DNA of 62,182 bases, the filler included, from Sphacelaria rigidula (Eukaryota), in NCBI GenBank assembly GCA_964200075.2. It is 6 parts of 6 records of this genome, joined end to end, with 100 filler letters (N's around TTAATTAATTAA, not from the genome) between each part and the next. Parts side by side here need not be neighbours in the genome. Positions count along the whole stretch, not along the records: positions 10,382 to 20,662 come from CAXNAA020006798.1; positions 20,763 to 31,042 come from CAXNAA020006799.1; 4 more parts are not named here. The stretch is one strand, 5' to 3'. A program made the position numbers and the translations under genes. The notes under the pieces are model-generated. The model saw only the letters and a program-made list of their open reading frames with translations. It searched no databases and was not told the origin of the DNA. How positions within the stretch are numbered: position 1 is the first letter of the stretch; every line of letters begins with the position of its first letter. This document shows positions 10,921 to 23,639 of the stretch, piece after piece.

Positions 10921-13900
10921 GTATGTCACTTTTAAGGTGAGGTACTATAGCCTCGGCACGCAGCCCGTATCCAACTGTGTCTGCGCACTTGTTGTACTTA
11001 CTCTCAAACACGAAGGGAAGGCTGATTGACAAAGTGCAATCTTTAATCTGGTACACAAATGACTGTCTTCCGCACAGCACTACAGCAAAAATGTACACAG
11101 GTGGTGTATAGTAAAACGAGGCCTAGGGAGCTTGGATTCATCAACAAGATAGCCATGTACGGTGAAAGTGCGGTGCTTAAATATATGCTGGAGCAGATCG
11201 ACCGCACCTTCTATGCTCCAATACCCCGCACAGAGTTGGCGGTATCTCTATCCGCACAGCATCTGCTGACACAAATCTGGTTGCAACGGATAGTCAAGAT
11301 GTACACTCACGAGGGGCCGAGTCCCAACGCAGTAGAACCCTTACCCCAGACTGAAAAGTCAAGCAAGAGACGAAAACATCGAGAGCAAATACCACAACAA
11401 TGCCGTGAGGCGTACACAAGCACACTTTTGGCTTCGAACGATGACTGCTACAATATTTAGTAGCGTGTCCTATCTTATGTTTAGGGAAAGGATACATCAG
11501 GCAGTCCCGCATAAATTGTATGCAATTGCGTTTCAGATGTCAAGGAAGAAGGTGCATCGTATTCGTACAAGAAGTGAATATGTCGTACCAGCCTTGGGAA
11601 ATCTCGATCTTTAGTCTGCGCGCTGGTAGTGGACAGAACTCAGCCAAAGTTCTCGGGTGAGGCAGCGATGGAGGTGTCCATTAGGCCCGTGCCAAAATGG
11701 TTGTAATTACAGCACATGCTATATCGAGGTTCCTGATTCCACCGTATCATGATATTGGGGTCGTATACAACGTGACATAACATTTGTGGGAGCACTGGCA
11801 CATAGCGATGCGAGTACAGCACTGTACAATGAACCAGATCCGCGTCAAGTTCAAGTGTACCAACACTGCATCAACCTTCTAAAAGCGATGGCTTCATAGA
11901 GCAATAGAGTTGACGCCGAATCACCCGGTGACAAAAAATTATGTCCATGGCTGGCGACAAATAATCGAGTTGTAAGCAAGCGTTCACGACAGAAATACGG
12001 TAAAACTGCACGCTGTACTTCATCTAGAAGTGAATCGATCTGGAGGTGGCATATATGACCATCGGATTCCACGCCTTTGATGTACAGGCGGGTCCAGGGA
12101 AGAAATCAATGAATTGTCGGCAAACGATTTCTCCACGCACACGACGCAGATGTTATTTTGTATCTACACACTTGGCGGTACGTGGGGGAGAGAGATCGTG
12201 ACGTGACCTCCTTCTCAGAGGCGGCCGGCGGTGAGGCAGGCGCTAGCGGCGTGCGAAACGGAGGTGCCAAATTGTAAAGGATTTAGTGTGGTCGAATCTC
12301 CGAAATATTACGCCGCAGATTTGGGTCGTTTTCTCGTAGATGCGCCTTATATTTATGCGCTTGATGTGGACCACGAAAATGCCTTGCTGACCCAGTACAA
12401 ACCTGCGGTGAAGGACGAAGCACGACTTGCAGCCCACCACAAATTTTGCAAGGCACCCTGGGACGAGGGAATAGGGGTTGAGCCATACGTACCATAGCCT
12501 ATCGCCAGCAGATGGGATTTTCTCGCCACAACCCCACCATATGCCCTAAAATCTTACAAGATTTTCCGGTTCGCTCCCTTTACCCAGGCCGTTTTCAACA
12601 ACCAGCAAACAACTTTCCATGCCAATATTCCTGGATGAAGTCCGAGGTCATCGGTGTCTGGGTATTTTTTCTTTTCTTTGTTCTCCTTGGGTTCTTGCGG
12701 CCTCCGGTCATCGGACGTCATACATTATCGGAGCTATATCAATTTTGCTCCAAACGTGAAGCCTGCCTAAAGATAGTTCGAAGAGGAAATTTTGCACACG
12801 TATATCTGTAGGTCTATAGGCAAGCCCGAGATCGCCAGTGTTCGGTAGGAGTTACGGCCGCTTTACATATGGTTTCATGGTGTCATGAAATGCTGGGAGT
12901 CCATATTCTCGGAATAATTTCATGTTTTTGCTGAAAACCTCGCGCCGGTTTTGAGAGAACACAAGAAGTTTTACCTGTTCCTGGAGGTGAGCGCGAGGTC
13001 ACCGGTGTTTGGTCTTGTTGAATTTCGGTCGGTTCGAACGGGCGTGGGAAATGAATTGGCTGCCGAGTAGATTTCTGGAATATTTCCCGAGCTACTTAGC
13101 CCGTATTGGACTTTCTGTGAGGTCGCTCGTTCGCAGGACTTTGATGACCGCGAGCTGAATCCGCGACACAATCGCAAAACCACAGAAGCTGTAAGACAAT
13201 GAGATCGTTCACCAGGAGATGCATGAAGGTACCCTTGATATGCTGTTCACGCTCTCGTGGGGTGGCACGCGCTGTTCGTCTTCTCACATTTTTCTTCCGG
13301 TTGAACGGAAACGTGCGGCGGAATTCAAAAGATCGAATTCGTTCATTTTGCGCTATTTGGGTCCAAGCGCATATGCAAGAATCGATCGGCAAAAAAAAGT
13401 GGAGTTCGTGACGCGGTACTCGGTTCAGATGCAATCGGTACGGACAGTACAAGTGATGTCTGTACCGTCTGCATAAAGTGAGTCTTGTTCGTGTGTGCGT
13501 GTATCGTACGGTAAGATGTGAAAAAAAAGTGGGTAACGTGCAGTACAGTGCGATGTGAATTGGACTTGAACAACATGAAGTTTCGCTTTGCCTGCTCTGT
13601 CGGTGAGCGTGTACGCGAGTTGTTCGCCCACCTCATCAAGCAATCCCGTCGTCGACCCCTACACCATAAAGCCCCCCCCTACACCATAAAATATGCTCAA
13701 GTTTTCGCCGACAAAAAATAAACACATCATGCCAAGAGGGTAATAGCGCCGGTTCCCATTGCTACAGTAGTGTATGTCTCCCTGTGCCCAACTCGTGCTC
13801 CATGCTGCAGCATTGCGGCAAAAGCTGAGCAATAATTGAGAGGCGTTTGCATGGTTCTGGGAGCGAGTTTTATCTGGCGTGGTGGTCTGCGAGATATGAG

Positions 13901-13950
13901 GCCAATGCCCCTCCGTGCCTACCCGCAGCATGTTTTCGGTCGAAAAAGCC

Positions 13951-14147
13951 AAGGCCGTGTCTTACCAACACGTTTTGGAGTCGAAAACGTGCGGTGGAAT
14001 AGAATTCGCTCGTACCTGATACGATACGTCCACGGTATGTATGTCCTCTACCATATGAGAAAATACATGCCGTGGACGTATCAGATACGAGGGAATTCGA
14101 TTCCACCGCACGTTTTCGACGCCATTTTCGTTCATAAGACACGGCCT
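13951..14147. mobile_element. Fold-back MITE
   Basis: TIRs AGGCCGTGTCTTA / TAAGACACGGCCT, with arms complementary over most of the length. Confidence 0.85.
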
Positions 14148-14818
14148 CAGGCTAATTCTCATGTATGAAAAAACACCTTATCAGAAAAGCCCTTTTTCAA
14201 CAGCACGTTTTTCAACAGAATTTTTCAAAGCAGCCCTTCTTACGTGATCGACGCACTATCAACATTGAAAACGCTGTGTTCATCGTTTTCTATGAGGTGT
14301 GCAGGCATAACTTTAAATTCTGGGGCGCGCGAGAGAGACGCAGCACTCTGCTGTCCTGTCGTGGTGTACAGTCCGTACTGACTGTCTGCAATACTGTGAT
14401 ACATCGCCTGAGCAATACATGGTGGGCTGCGTGACGCAAGACCATCAATAAGAACACCGCCTTGCTGTACTAACTAAGTGACTGTAGAAGTGACGGTTGT
14501 GCTTTTTTTGATAGCTCGAGGTTATCGGAAAAGTGAAGGATCGGAGCGTAGCGGGATCTGCGGTTTGTGTATCGGTACGAATTGTTACATAGTGCAACGG
14601 ATCAAGTTGCCGGATTACAGCGAAGCAAGAATCGGATTCAGCGTAATCGGGAAAAGGAGTGGTAACGACAGTACAGTACGGCCTTTATTCAACAATATCG
14701 TCAAGCAACGCAGCAGGCGATTTCGCACGGGGGGCAGCTGATTAATCTGGGAGCGGAATTTCACCACGACCTAGCGTGGTGGAAAGAAGCGGTAGAGCAT
14801 AACGTACTTAAGCATGGC

Positions 14819-15430
14819 ATGCCGTTATACTCACCAATCTTCGGTCACATTTCACGACCAATCACGAGGCATTGGATATCTGACGCATCGTTGCGGGCAA
14901 AAGGCGGGTACTGCCCAGTGATTTTAATCTGGTGGCGGTACGACCTCACACCCGACGAGGTAGCACGAACACAAGCAATGTGGCACGGCCCCCAGCACAA
15001 CGCAATTTATATTAATCTATTGGAATTGTTGGGAATGGTAATGACAGCATGGGCCATGACCATCGCCAAGGGCGACGGGCCCACGGCAGAGAATGACACC
15101 GTGTATTTTAAGGGAGATAATGCATCCGCAGTAGCTTGGGTCAATCGCTGCGGAGGCACGCGTGACCCACGAGCAGCAGCACTAATGCGCCTGCTCGGCA
15201 CCCTAGAAATGCGCGGGGGATGGTGCCACCAGGCACACCACATCGCAGGCAGAGAAGACGTGATTGCCGATGGTTCATCCCGCTGGCCGCGTAGTGAAAT
15301 CCCGTCGAAATTGTACGCAATACACCCATCCCCATATTGGCAAGAGGCGCATTTGGGCGAGCAAGGTGTGACGATTTGTTCCGAGGCCTTGCGGACATTC
15401 TCGCACGCGTCAGAGTTGCACCATCGACTT
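14819..15430 (+). CDS. DIRS-type RNase H domain (remnant of pol)
   Basis: ISDAS...GG, INLLELLG, GDNASAVAWVN, HIAGREDVIADGSSR. Confidence 0.88.
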
Positions 15431-15512
15431 TGGCCACTTACAGTGGGGTTGGAAGTTATGGAAACAATTCAGGCAAGAAGGAGTCGGGAGAGAAGCTTAC
15501 TTAGACCCAGCT

Positions 15513-16553
15513 ATGGGAAAAGACGCAATGGCGCAGGAATTGGCAAAATTCGTTGCATACCGATATTTTCCCAGGGGCAATCAGCTCCCTACGGCAATCG
15601 GCAGACTATCGGCGGTACAATATTTTCACAAACTAATAGGCATAGACTTACCACTGACACACTATTTTCTACGAGCAGTCAAATCGGGACTAAATAGAGA
15701 GAGTGCACAAAAAGGGGATGGGGCACGCGTGAGGCGCCCCCTGACCTGGGTAATGCTGAAGCAAGGACACAGCTTAATTTTCTCGTGGGGTGAAGCAGGT
15801 ACGGTTCTGTGGTTATCTTTATGCGTTTCATACTTCTTTCTATATAGGGCATCCGAATTGTTCGCGTACAGTAAAGGAAAAATCCACAAGGACATTGGTC
15901 TGACACGCGGAGATATTGCATTCAAGAGGGGCGAGACACAATTGCACAAGCACGCAGAATGGCAAACAGCTGACAGCGTAGAAGTACGTTTCAAGGCGCA
16001 CCAGGGTGACCAGAAAAGACGAGGGGTCGTGTTGAGCAGAAATCGTGCCGTAGCTCAACCCAACAAGCAGGCAGTAGACATCGGTCAGTCCTTAGGTGCG
16101 CAGGGTGGCGGGTTGGAAATAATGACCGCGCTGATGCTAGTTCACCCTGAATTGGACGCTAACGCCCCGCTCACCAGGTACGCCTCACATTCAAAATGGA
16201 GGGTGTGGACGCGCGAGCAAGCAACAACCGCTCTGCGGGAGTTAGTGCGACAGCATGGTGTGAACCCTTCAGAATATGCACTTCATTCGGGTCGTATCGG
16301 GGGAGTAACGCCTTTGGCCTCGGCAGGCATTTTACCAGACGTTATTCAACGCGAAGATCGTTGGCGTAGTGGAGCTTTCATGGAATACGTTCGAGCTAAC
16401 TTGGAAGACTCAGGGGCAGTATCTCAGGCGCTAACAGAGGACGTTTTAGCCGGTGGCATTCAACCCGGGCATGGAACGAAATGGGGAGATGGCAGTGACC
16501 AGATTTCAATGTGGGGTAATGACAGTCAACATGGCCGGGGAAGCGATACGTAA
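15513..16553 (+). CDS. Tyrosine recombinase of the YR retroelement
   Basis: YFFLYRASEL (catalytic R), HSGRIGG (HxxR), DRWRSGAFMEY (W...Y); N-terminal LSAVQYFH core-binding region. Confidence 0.92.
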   Translation: MGKDAMAQELAKFVAYRYFPRGNQLPTAIGRLSAVQYFHKLIGIDLPLTHYFLRAVKSGLNRESAQKGDGARVRRPLTWVMLKQGHSLIFSWGEAGTVLWLSLCVSYFFLYRASELFAYSKGKIHKDIGLTRGDIAFKRGETQLHKHAEWQTADSVEVRFKAHQGDQKRRGVVLSRNRAVAQPNKQAVDIGQSLGAQGGGLEIMTALMLVHPELDANAPLTRYASHSKWRVWTREQATTALRELVRQHGVNPSEYALHSGRIGGVTPLASAGILPDVIQREDRWRSGAFMEYVRANLEDSGAVSQALTEDVLAGGIQPGHGTKWGDGSDQISMWGNDSQHGRGSDT

Positions 16554-17269
16554 TAAGGAAGAGAAGAGAAAAGGAGTGATGAACTTGTAAAATGGGGAAG
16601 TAGTATCGTGGTAATCATGCAGGATAGCAGAATGCGCTTTCTTGCGTTTATACGCATACAAGTATAAGATAATTATGGGCGTGCGGTGCACAAGGGGCAC
16701 CAGATTGTAGAAATGCTACTCGAGACGGAGGCGATATACTGCCTCTATCTTGAGTTCGGGATTAGTAGCATTTCGCACCGTTTCCTCGAGTATGCTTGCC
16801 CAGGAAAATTTAATAAAATTATTCCAGATTCACAAGAGAAGCAAATCCTGATTTTCTGATGACTTTGGGCTATCGGAAAATGTTATCATAAATTTTTCGA
16901 TCAGAAATCGCGTTTTACGTAAGAAGTAACCTTAGTCTGTGTTTTCTTGGGACTCAAGAAAAGAAGCGGGAAAAGGAACAAGCGTCCAAATGCAGCATGT
17001 CGATAAGTCGCCGCAACCATAGACCCGCCCGGCAACCAATCAATAGGCTGCTTTTGGACTCTTGTTCGTATTCTTGCTTCTTTTTGTGGTCCCGATAAGA
17101 CACGGGCCTACGTTCTACGCTTTGGCGTATTTTGCCTTCCGGCCGCGCGCGCATAATTATAAACAATAGATGAAGCCAGCTAAGAACATAAATATCACGG
17201 ATCTATCATTGAATGTTTGCTTCTTCACCGCACCTTTTATATCGAAATAGCAGTGCGGATACACACCCT

Positions 17270-17465
17270 TAGGCCGTGTCTTATCAAATTGTTTTCGACT
17301 CGAAAACGTACGGTGGAATCGAATTTGCTCGTACCTGATACGTCCACGGCATTCATGCTCTCGACCATCTGAGAAAAATAGTAGCGTGGACCAATCAGAA
17401 AAGAGTGAATTCGATTCGACCGCACGTTTTCGACACGACAACAATTTGAAAAGACACCGCCTTAC
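17270..17465. mobile_element. Second copy of the fold-back MITE
   Basis: AGGCCGTGTCTTA...; internally similar to 13951-14147, with a decayed right TIR (aagacaccgcct). Confidence 0.8.
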
Positions 17466-17905
17466 AAACCACTGCTAAGGAAAGTAACGAACATGAACTG
17501 AAGTTCGAGCTTGTTCTATGATGTGGTTGAACCTGAAACCAATTCAAGAATTGATTCTTGCACTTGGTACAAGCAACAAGATGGGGGCGCAGCCTTGCTG
17601 GACTCCATCCGATCTCGCAGAAACTGCTGGGCTCTCTTGCCCATGACTGAATTACAATACCAGTAATAGCTCTTTGGGCAACTCAAGCGTGGCAAATACC
17701 GCGAGCATCCCAGTTTGAGTGACGTCGCGGATCCAATGGATCTCCGGTTATTACTCTACACTACTGTTTATTCTACTCAACGAAACACAAGAGAAACGGT
17801 TACCAAACTTGACACAATACCGACAGCAATTAGCACATCAATCTCGCCGCTATTTTTCTCCGTCGACTTTCTTCGTGGCAGGTGAATACAGACGCACACA
17901 CACAC

Positions 17906-18897
17906 CTTGGAACACCGTTCCTGACGTCTCCAGTAACCTCCAGCGGCGTATTGTCGAACTCGTGCTTAGAGCACTCCAGCGTTCCCAACACATTCTGCTC
18001 GTCTGCAGTCTCCCACACCAGACCGTTAGTGTCACCATTGGGCTTCCTCCGGTCATGGCCGTTTGGTCCCCCGTTACCGCTCCCCTGCGCAGCACCGCCC
18101 TCTGTATCGCCAACATCGTAACCCACTCTACCCGTCACCGTTGACACCGCTGCACCACGTTCCAAATTCTCTAAAACAGCCACCAAACAAAAAGCTCCGC
18201 GTCTTCGTCGGTCTACCATGGTCGCGAAGCTCCGCTGCCGGAAGTGTTGCCCGAGCGTGGCGTTGTCAGGTGAGAACACGTCAAAGCGAACGTCTGCGAT
18301 GGCCAGGTACTCGTCGAGTCTGGCCACTCGAAATCGAAACATCTCTCCTGCTAGCTCGACCTTTGTCGAGATCTTACCCTCAAGCTGTCTATATATAAGG
18401 TCTCCCTCATCTGCTACTACTTGATGCTGCGGTTGCTGTTGTTGCTGTTGTTGCTGCTGCTGCTGATGGTGTTGTTGATCTCCTGTGCTGGAGCTACTTG
18501 GTGCTGTTGGTGTTGAAGGTGAAGGCAAGCCCACGCCTTCTATTCCAGCCACGCACAGCGGCTGATACGACTCGCCGCCGCTGACTCGTCTCCTTCGTCG
18601 AGAATATGGTCGGCATCCTAGAGTATTTTGCGAAGTCGATCGCCAGCGATCACGGTATCGCGGTGCCAAGTCGCCGCCCGCATCGCTCAGGCGCAGCTGC
18701 AGCGCGCGGCTACAGCTGCTGCTGTGATGCAAGTTTGCTATCCATGCTGTGTTTTCAAAGCTCCTCGGTGATGAGGGAACCGGAGACATGAGCACTGAGT
18801 CCATTTCCCGTGGCAAATCATGGGAAGCCGAGAGCGAAAAGAGCGTGTGAAGGGTGATGCTGGCAAAAAGAGCCACTGAACCCTTCACACATGGCAT
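17906..18897 (-). CDS. First exon of a probable GNAT-family acetyltransferase with signal peptide (possibly plastid-targeted)
   Basis: ~330-codon open exon with hydrophobic N-terminus, poly-Q, and FRFRVARLDEYLAIADVRFDVF...FCLVAV...VLGTLECS (GNAT b1-a1, b2, b3-like). Donor AG|GTGTGT at 17905. Later exons were not found. Confidence 0.65.
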
Positions 18898-19234
18898 AGA
18901 AACGATCGCTACTCAGCACCCAACAAGCGTGCGTTTGCGACACGGTGCATGTACAGTGGAAAACTCAAATATTGAAAATCAGGGAGTACTTTCGGGAGGC
19001 GTGTTCTGGATGTACGTACCTGACGGTCGAAATCAATATCATCATCTACTCCAAGCAATGTTTGAGAATCCAGCCAGGAGATATGAGGTTGAACACAAAT
19101 AATAACTTGTGTTCGAAAACGGGGTTGAAATTTAACATGGGTTTCGACTCCAAAACAGCAGAACAATGCTTTGCCCAAGCTTTCCTTGACCTTGAGTCGC
19201 GACAAATGAACAACGACTCGCACATACGTAGGCA

Positions 19235-20328
19235 ACCTCATGCCCCCCGACCTCCCTGAAACTATTCTTGGGGGTTTGCCGTCTCCCGTTCCCCAAATAA
19301 ATGATATGCGGCAGCGCGCAGGCACCTGTGTTGCCTCGATTTCGTGGTGGAGAAAGATATCACTTTCGAGAATGAGGTTGGGCGTTAAAAAAAATGAGTT
19401 TCGGCTAGAAAGAAACATGTTTTTCTTGAGTTGGAAGTCGTGATAAATGTCCAACAACCCTGTTTTTGTGATATTAAGAGTAGGGAGTCGATTGAGAGTG
19501 GGTTTGTTATTTGCTTCAACTTGACCAATTTTGTATTGTTGTGTGTTAATGTTTCTTTGCCTGTAACACTGGCGTGTGCTTACAGCTACACGTCGATGTC
19601 CTACTCAGGGTTAAAAAAAGGGCTCCAGTGGCAAGCTACTACTACAAATAGATGTATTCGTGAGATTGAGAGTAGTAGAGCGCTGATTGAGAGTGGATTT
19701 ATTTGATCATCGCTTTAACTTGGCCAATTTTGTATTCCGTGCGTGTTATTTCTCTTTGCCTCCATCACGAGTGTGTGCTTACAGCTACACGATCCTACTC
19801 GGGGATATCGAGGTCCTCAGTTAGTTGCAAGCTACTACAGAAAGCATATTGGGCGTCATTCGGGAGCATCTCGGAACTGAAACGATTTATCAACTATTTG
19901 AGACCGCTTTTCACTCGTCTCAATCGCATCCGCTACTATCAATCTCACGAAAACATTTTTCACAGAGAGCGTATCGGGCCTTATAGCGGGGCATTTCGGA
20001 AATTGACTATAAATTCAGTAATCGACCGATTTTCACCTTCAATCGTATCCTGTAGTCTCACTCTCACGAAAAGGTTGTTGTTCATATTGACGACCTCATG
20101 CCCCCCGACCTCCTCCATGATGAGCTATTTTTGGGGGGTTTCCCATCTTCCGTGTTCCCTCACGCGGTATACTGTGTGCGGAGGCACCATTTAAGGGCAA
20201 AAACGACCCGTTTTTGACCCCGAAATCGAGGCGAAAAGATGCTTTCGCACATACTCCTGAATGAGGGAACGGAACACGGGGAGCCCGCCAAGAAAGTTCA
20301 GGGTAGATCGGGGGGCATGAGGTCGTCT
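19235..20328. mobile_element. TIR element(s) with nested ends and an internal ~205-bp direct duplication
   Basis: CCTCATGCCCCCCGACCT at ~19236 and ~20094, with the inverted copy at ~20305-20328. Duplicated block ~19470-19650 / ~19660-19840. Confidence 0.7.
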
Positions 20329-20662
20329 CCATATGAAAGTATATTGTTATTGTCACGACATGGGGACAGGGAAATCGCTGTTGTTACGGAGTTGAAACTC
20401 ACGCATTTTAATATTATTAATGTTCAAGTATATCCAATCCCAATTTTTTTTTCGTCACCAGTTACGGCAGTAGTATTTTTGTTGACTTTACAATACAGTA
20501 CCGGCCTGCTAGTAATAAACTGAAAAATCGGCCTGAGGCTGGGTTTCTTATTTTCCTGGGAGCATGAGCATCATTTTTTTCTTAAATGCTCCTTTCTTAT
20601 TTTCCTGGGAAAATGAGCATGATTTTTTTACAAGCGAAACAGCCAGTCAGTACAGTAGTACA

Positions 20663-20761
20663 NNNNNNNNNNNNNNNNNNNNNNNNNNNNNNNNNNNNNN
20701 NNNNNNTTAATTAATTAANNNNNNNNNNNNNNNNNNNNNNNNNNNNNNNNNNNNNNNNNNN
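20663..20761. other. Artificial contig linker
   Basis: N-TTAATTAATTAA-N. Confidence 0.99.
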
Positions 20762-21349
20762 NGCCCCTTCCCCCGCCCCCCGGCCCCCCCGGGTTTATTG
20801 GCCCCCGGAAAATTACACCATTTTTCGATGTTCCCCTTTCCCCCCCCCCCCCCCCCCCCCCCCAATTGTGTGTGAGTGTAATTACTACGTTTTAGTATAG
20901 ACTGGGGACCCCAAAAACATGCGGGAAATCGCGGGAGCGCTATATTGAATATAAGTAAAATGATAAATCGTTCCCCGATCATCCGGGCTTTGGATACCTG
21001 GGGAGGCATTTCATCTGGGCCAGGGACAGGGCCCCCACACGATGTTGACAGTGACATCCGAATTCAATAACAATCCCCACACTGGTCGTTCGGGGCTGGA
21101 CGAAAGCTTTTGCCTCGCCGTGATTGGGCAGGTCGCTCCCTGACTTTTTTTATTGTTCTACTAATACATGGTCAACCCCGTGTTTGTTGGGGAGTCGGCC
21201 CCAAAAGGGTTAACCAACAACTCAGGTTCCGCGAAAGCTTGGCGTCCAAGACACCGGTTGTATCGGTATGACCCACTGTCGCTAGAGTACGGTACATGTA
21301 TGCACGTCTGCATCCATCGTACTGTCTGGATGTTCAGGGGACCCACTTT

Positions 21350-22420
21350 CCCCCATTATTCCGCAACGTGCACTGCTGCTGATGCCAATAACGAGGCCAG
21401 CGCTACTATCCCACTCATGCTCAACAAAATGCTTCCGACAATCACTGTGGAATGTAGGTGACTGAGTGCTGACAGAGATGGAGGCATTGACGAGCTTCTA
21501 ATGCCCCATCAACGACTTGCAAAAGTAGCTTCGCTTGCCCGTCATTCGCCGTTTACTTCGTCTTGCATTGCTGACTTGGCAACAGAAACGCAGCTTGAGG
21601 CGTGTCATAATCTTGCAATAACGACTTGCTGCCGGGGATACTGCACTGTAGGAAGGTGTTGGTGTACCTCGTCAGGCGTACGCATGCGTGTACTGTAGGG
21701 TAACGACTGGATGACTAATGATACAAAATAACCCACACCGACACGTTTGGAACGCGCATGAACTGTGAACTTGATTTCGACCTTCTGCATGTGATGCACG
21801 TGTACTGTCTGTGGTAACGTAACATCTTCCGCCACGAGAAACCGTCCGCGCAAGGTATATTGTTTACTTGTCTACGCTTTGGGCGTTCTGCTTCGAAGGC
21901 TATCAGCAAACCTTGCAGGCGTGCGAGATGGCATTGCCGGCACCCACTCGCTGTCACGTGTGTACAACAAGCTCATTCCGTGCAGAAGCTGTGATTATTG
22001 CGAGCCTCGTACAGTGGCGAAGTAGTTCATTTCTAGCGGGAAGAAAAACGATGCCGTTATTCGATTCGCTGGACTTCTAGAGGTTTCTTGTAGCCTTACC
22101 TTTCGTTTCGATGTGGAGTACGGTACGGGTGGAATGTGCCAGTCACCAGGGGAAAGCTTGTGTTTGTCGTGCACATGCCTTGCGTGCTTACTCAGCGGTG
22201 TGTGATCTGAAACTATAATGATGAAGGGTCACATCGGGTCCGTCCTACTCGGCCAATAATTATATTGGGAAGTTGTTGCCCCCCGATGATCAGCAGGCTC
22301 CAATATTGGCGTCGTATGTTCAAGGAATACCATTAGTCAGTGGTCTACATGAATGATCACCTCAAGCGGACTGGCTACATTGTTTTCTGGCGATTCCTAC
22401 TCGTCAGACATATTTGAGTT
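21350..22420 (+). pseudogene. Decayed ZNFX1-like helicase fragment (motifs II-VI)
   Basis: LNKMLPTITVE (II-like), CHNLAIT, VCTTSSFRAEAVIIASLV (cf. TVDxFQGxEAxVIIASLV). Confidence 0.55.
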
Positions 22421-22421
22421 T

Positions 22422-22969
22422 CCGTAGTGGGCGGTCTAACGATTTAGGGGTGTTTTGGGGTTTTCCTCGCGTACTACTTTTCGATAGAAATCGAAATTGC
22501 TTGCGTCGGTAGATTTTCGTATAACACAATATATTCTCTTCGAAACATAGTGCCCAAGTCAGTGTATGTTGGTGTTATCGGGCGAAACGAGTAAGTACCC
22601 CGTTCATCAGGAGGGTGTTATTGACCGTGAAACAAAGTTTATCGACCCTGTTGCAATGAGTAGGCAGAAATTAGAAAAATGAAAGTGTACATATTATTAC
22701 AAGTATGATCAGGACGGGCTCGATCGACCGAAAATACAGAAAAGTAAGAATCTTGTCTGAAACGTGGGAGGACCCCCGATAACCAGTCAGCCCGTAAGTC
22801 ACTCAATACTGAGTACAGATTATTTTTTGTTGTGGAATGTGGAGCGGATACAAGTATCTCAAGATCCCCGATGTGATAGGCGGTGGCAAGCGGAAATAGC
22901 GCAAGAAAATCGCCAATTACGAAAAATCACAAAATGCCACAAAATGAATAGTTAGACCGCCCACTACTG
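22422..22969. mobile_element. Tc1/mariner-type MITE
   Basis: TIRs (c)GTAGTGGGCGGTCTAAC / GTTAGACCGCCCACTACTG, followed by TA. Confidence 0.9.
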
Positions 22970-23544
22970 TATCTATGGGGTGTTGTTGTCTTGTTTGAAG
23001 CGGGAGAGCAGCGCCGTGGGGTGGGCATCATGTTGAATTAAATCAACACTGACGGTGCGGTTTGTACACTTGTCACTCCGATAACGGTCGTTTGGAAAGA
23101 AGCACAAGCAGCGTGGTTTGCGGTACCATCGCGCCATGAGAACGGGGCGGCGTTGCAAACCCCAAAGAAAAATCATGAACCCGCATACCCCGAGAATGGT
23201 GACCATGCACGGACGGCATAACTATAGGCTGGGCCAGCTGACCGTGATTTTTAAATGTATTTTGGCGATGCTGTAGGTAATTCGAAGAGTTTAACAGTGA
23301 CATTTTGACACAACATTTTTATCACCACTTCCCCCAACATTTCCCGAGGTGCATTAAAAAAAGAAACAGAAAGTTAGAGCGATTCGAAGTTTCTGAAAAA
23401 AAACTAGAAAAATGTTATAACACCGTGAAAAAAACGAAATACGGATGCACCTCGGGAAACGTTATGCGTAGTGATAATAAACATGTTGTGTCAAAATATC
23501 AGCGCCTAACTCTCCGAATTACCCACAGCATACACTTTTTGGTC

Positions 23545-23630
23545 TTGCACCCGGTGGTCAAACTTGTACTTGTAGAACCGCCTCTTACTACAGAGGCCAA
23601 GAGTTCGAATCCCGACATGACCATTTTCTT
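23545..23630 (+). repeat. tRNA-derived SINE-like head
   Basis: A-box-like TGGTCAAACTTG and B-box GTTCGAATCC, with no intact cloverleaf. An inverted homolog lies at ~30660-30740. Confidence 0.6.
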
Positions 23631-23639
23631 TTCGCGCAT

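Larger units (their letters stand above)
14500..16900 (+). mobile_element. 5'-truncated DIRS/Ngaro-type tyrosine-recombinase retrotransposon (ends approximate)
   Basis: RT-RNase H connector AEFHHDLAWW (~14750), then RNase H, then an overlapping tyrosine recombinase ORF. The RT core is missing. Confidence 0.9.
10920..19230 (+). pseudogene. Decayed ZNFX1-like gene antisense to the GNAT-like gene, interrupted by MITEs, the YR retroelement and the host exon
   Basis: LYAIAFQMSRK (~11520), FSVVESPKYYAA (~12290), motif I-like (~13560-13690), PIATVVYV (~13760), NVCFF (~17215), KESNEHE (~17485), IDSCTWYKQQ (~17560), QSRR...FFVAGE (~17840-17886). Beyond the host exon comes QHP....HGAC (~18915-18950). 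Confidence 0.6.

Noticed and set aside
13343-13660. Possible downstream GNAT exon on the minus strand
   Set aside because: No convincing GNAT motif or splice phase; the plus strand fits the helicase motif I region better.
17830-17905. ORF tail HEESRRRKIAARLMC resembling GNAT motif A
   Set aside because: It lies past a good splice donor and ends in a stop, and the opposite strand fits helicase motif VI. Probably coincidental, though not fully excluded.
18422-18478. CAG/CAA microsatellite
   Set aside because: Ordinary poly-Q tract within the GNAT-like exon.
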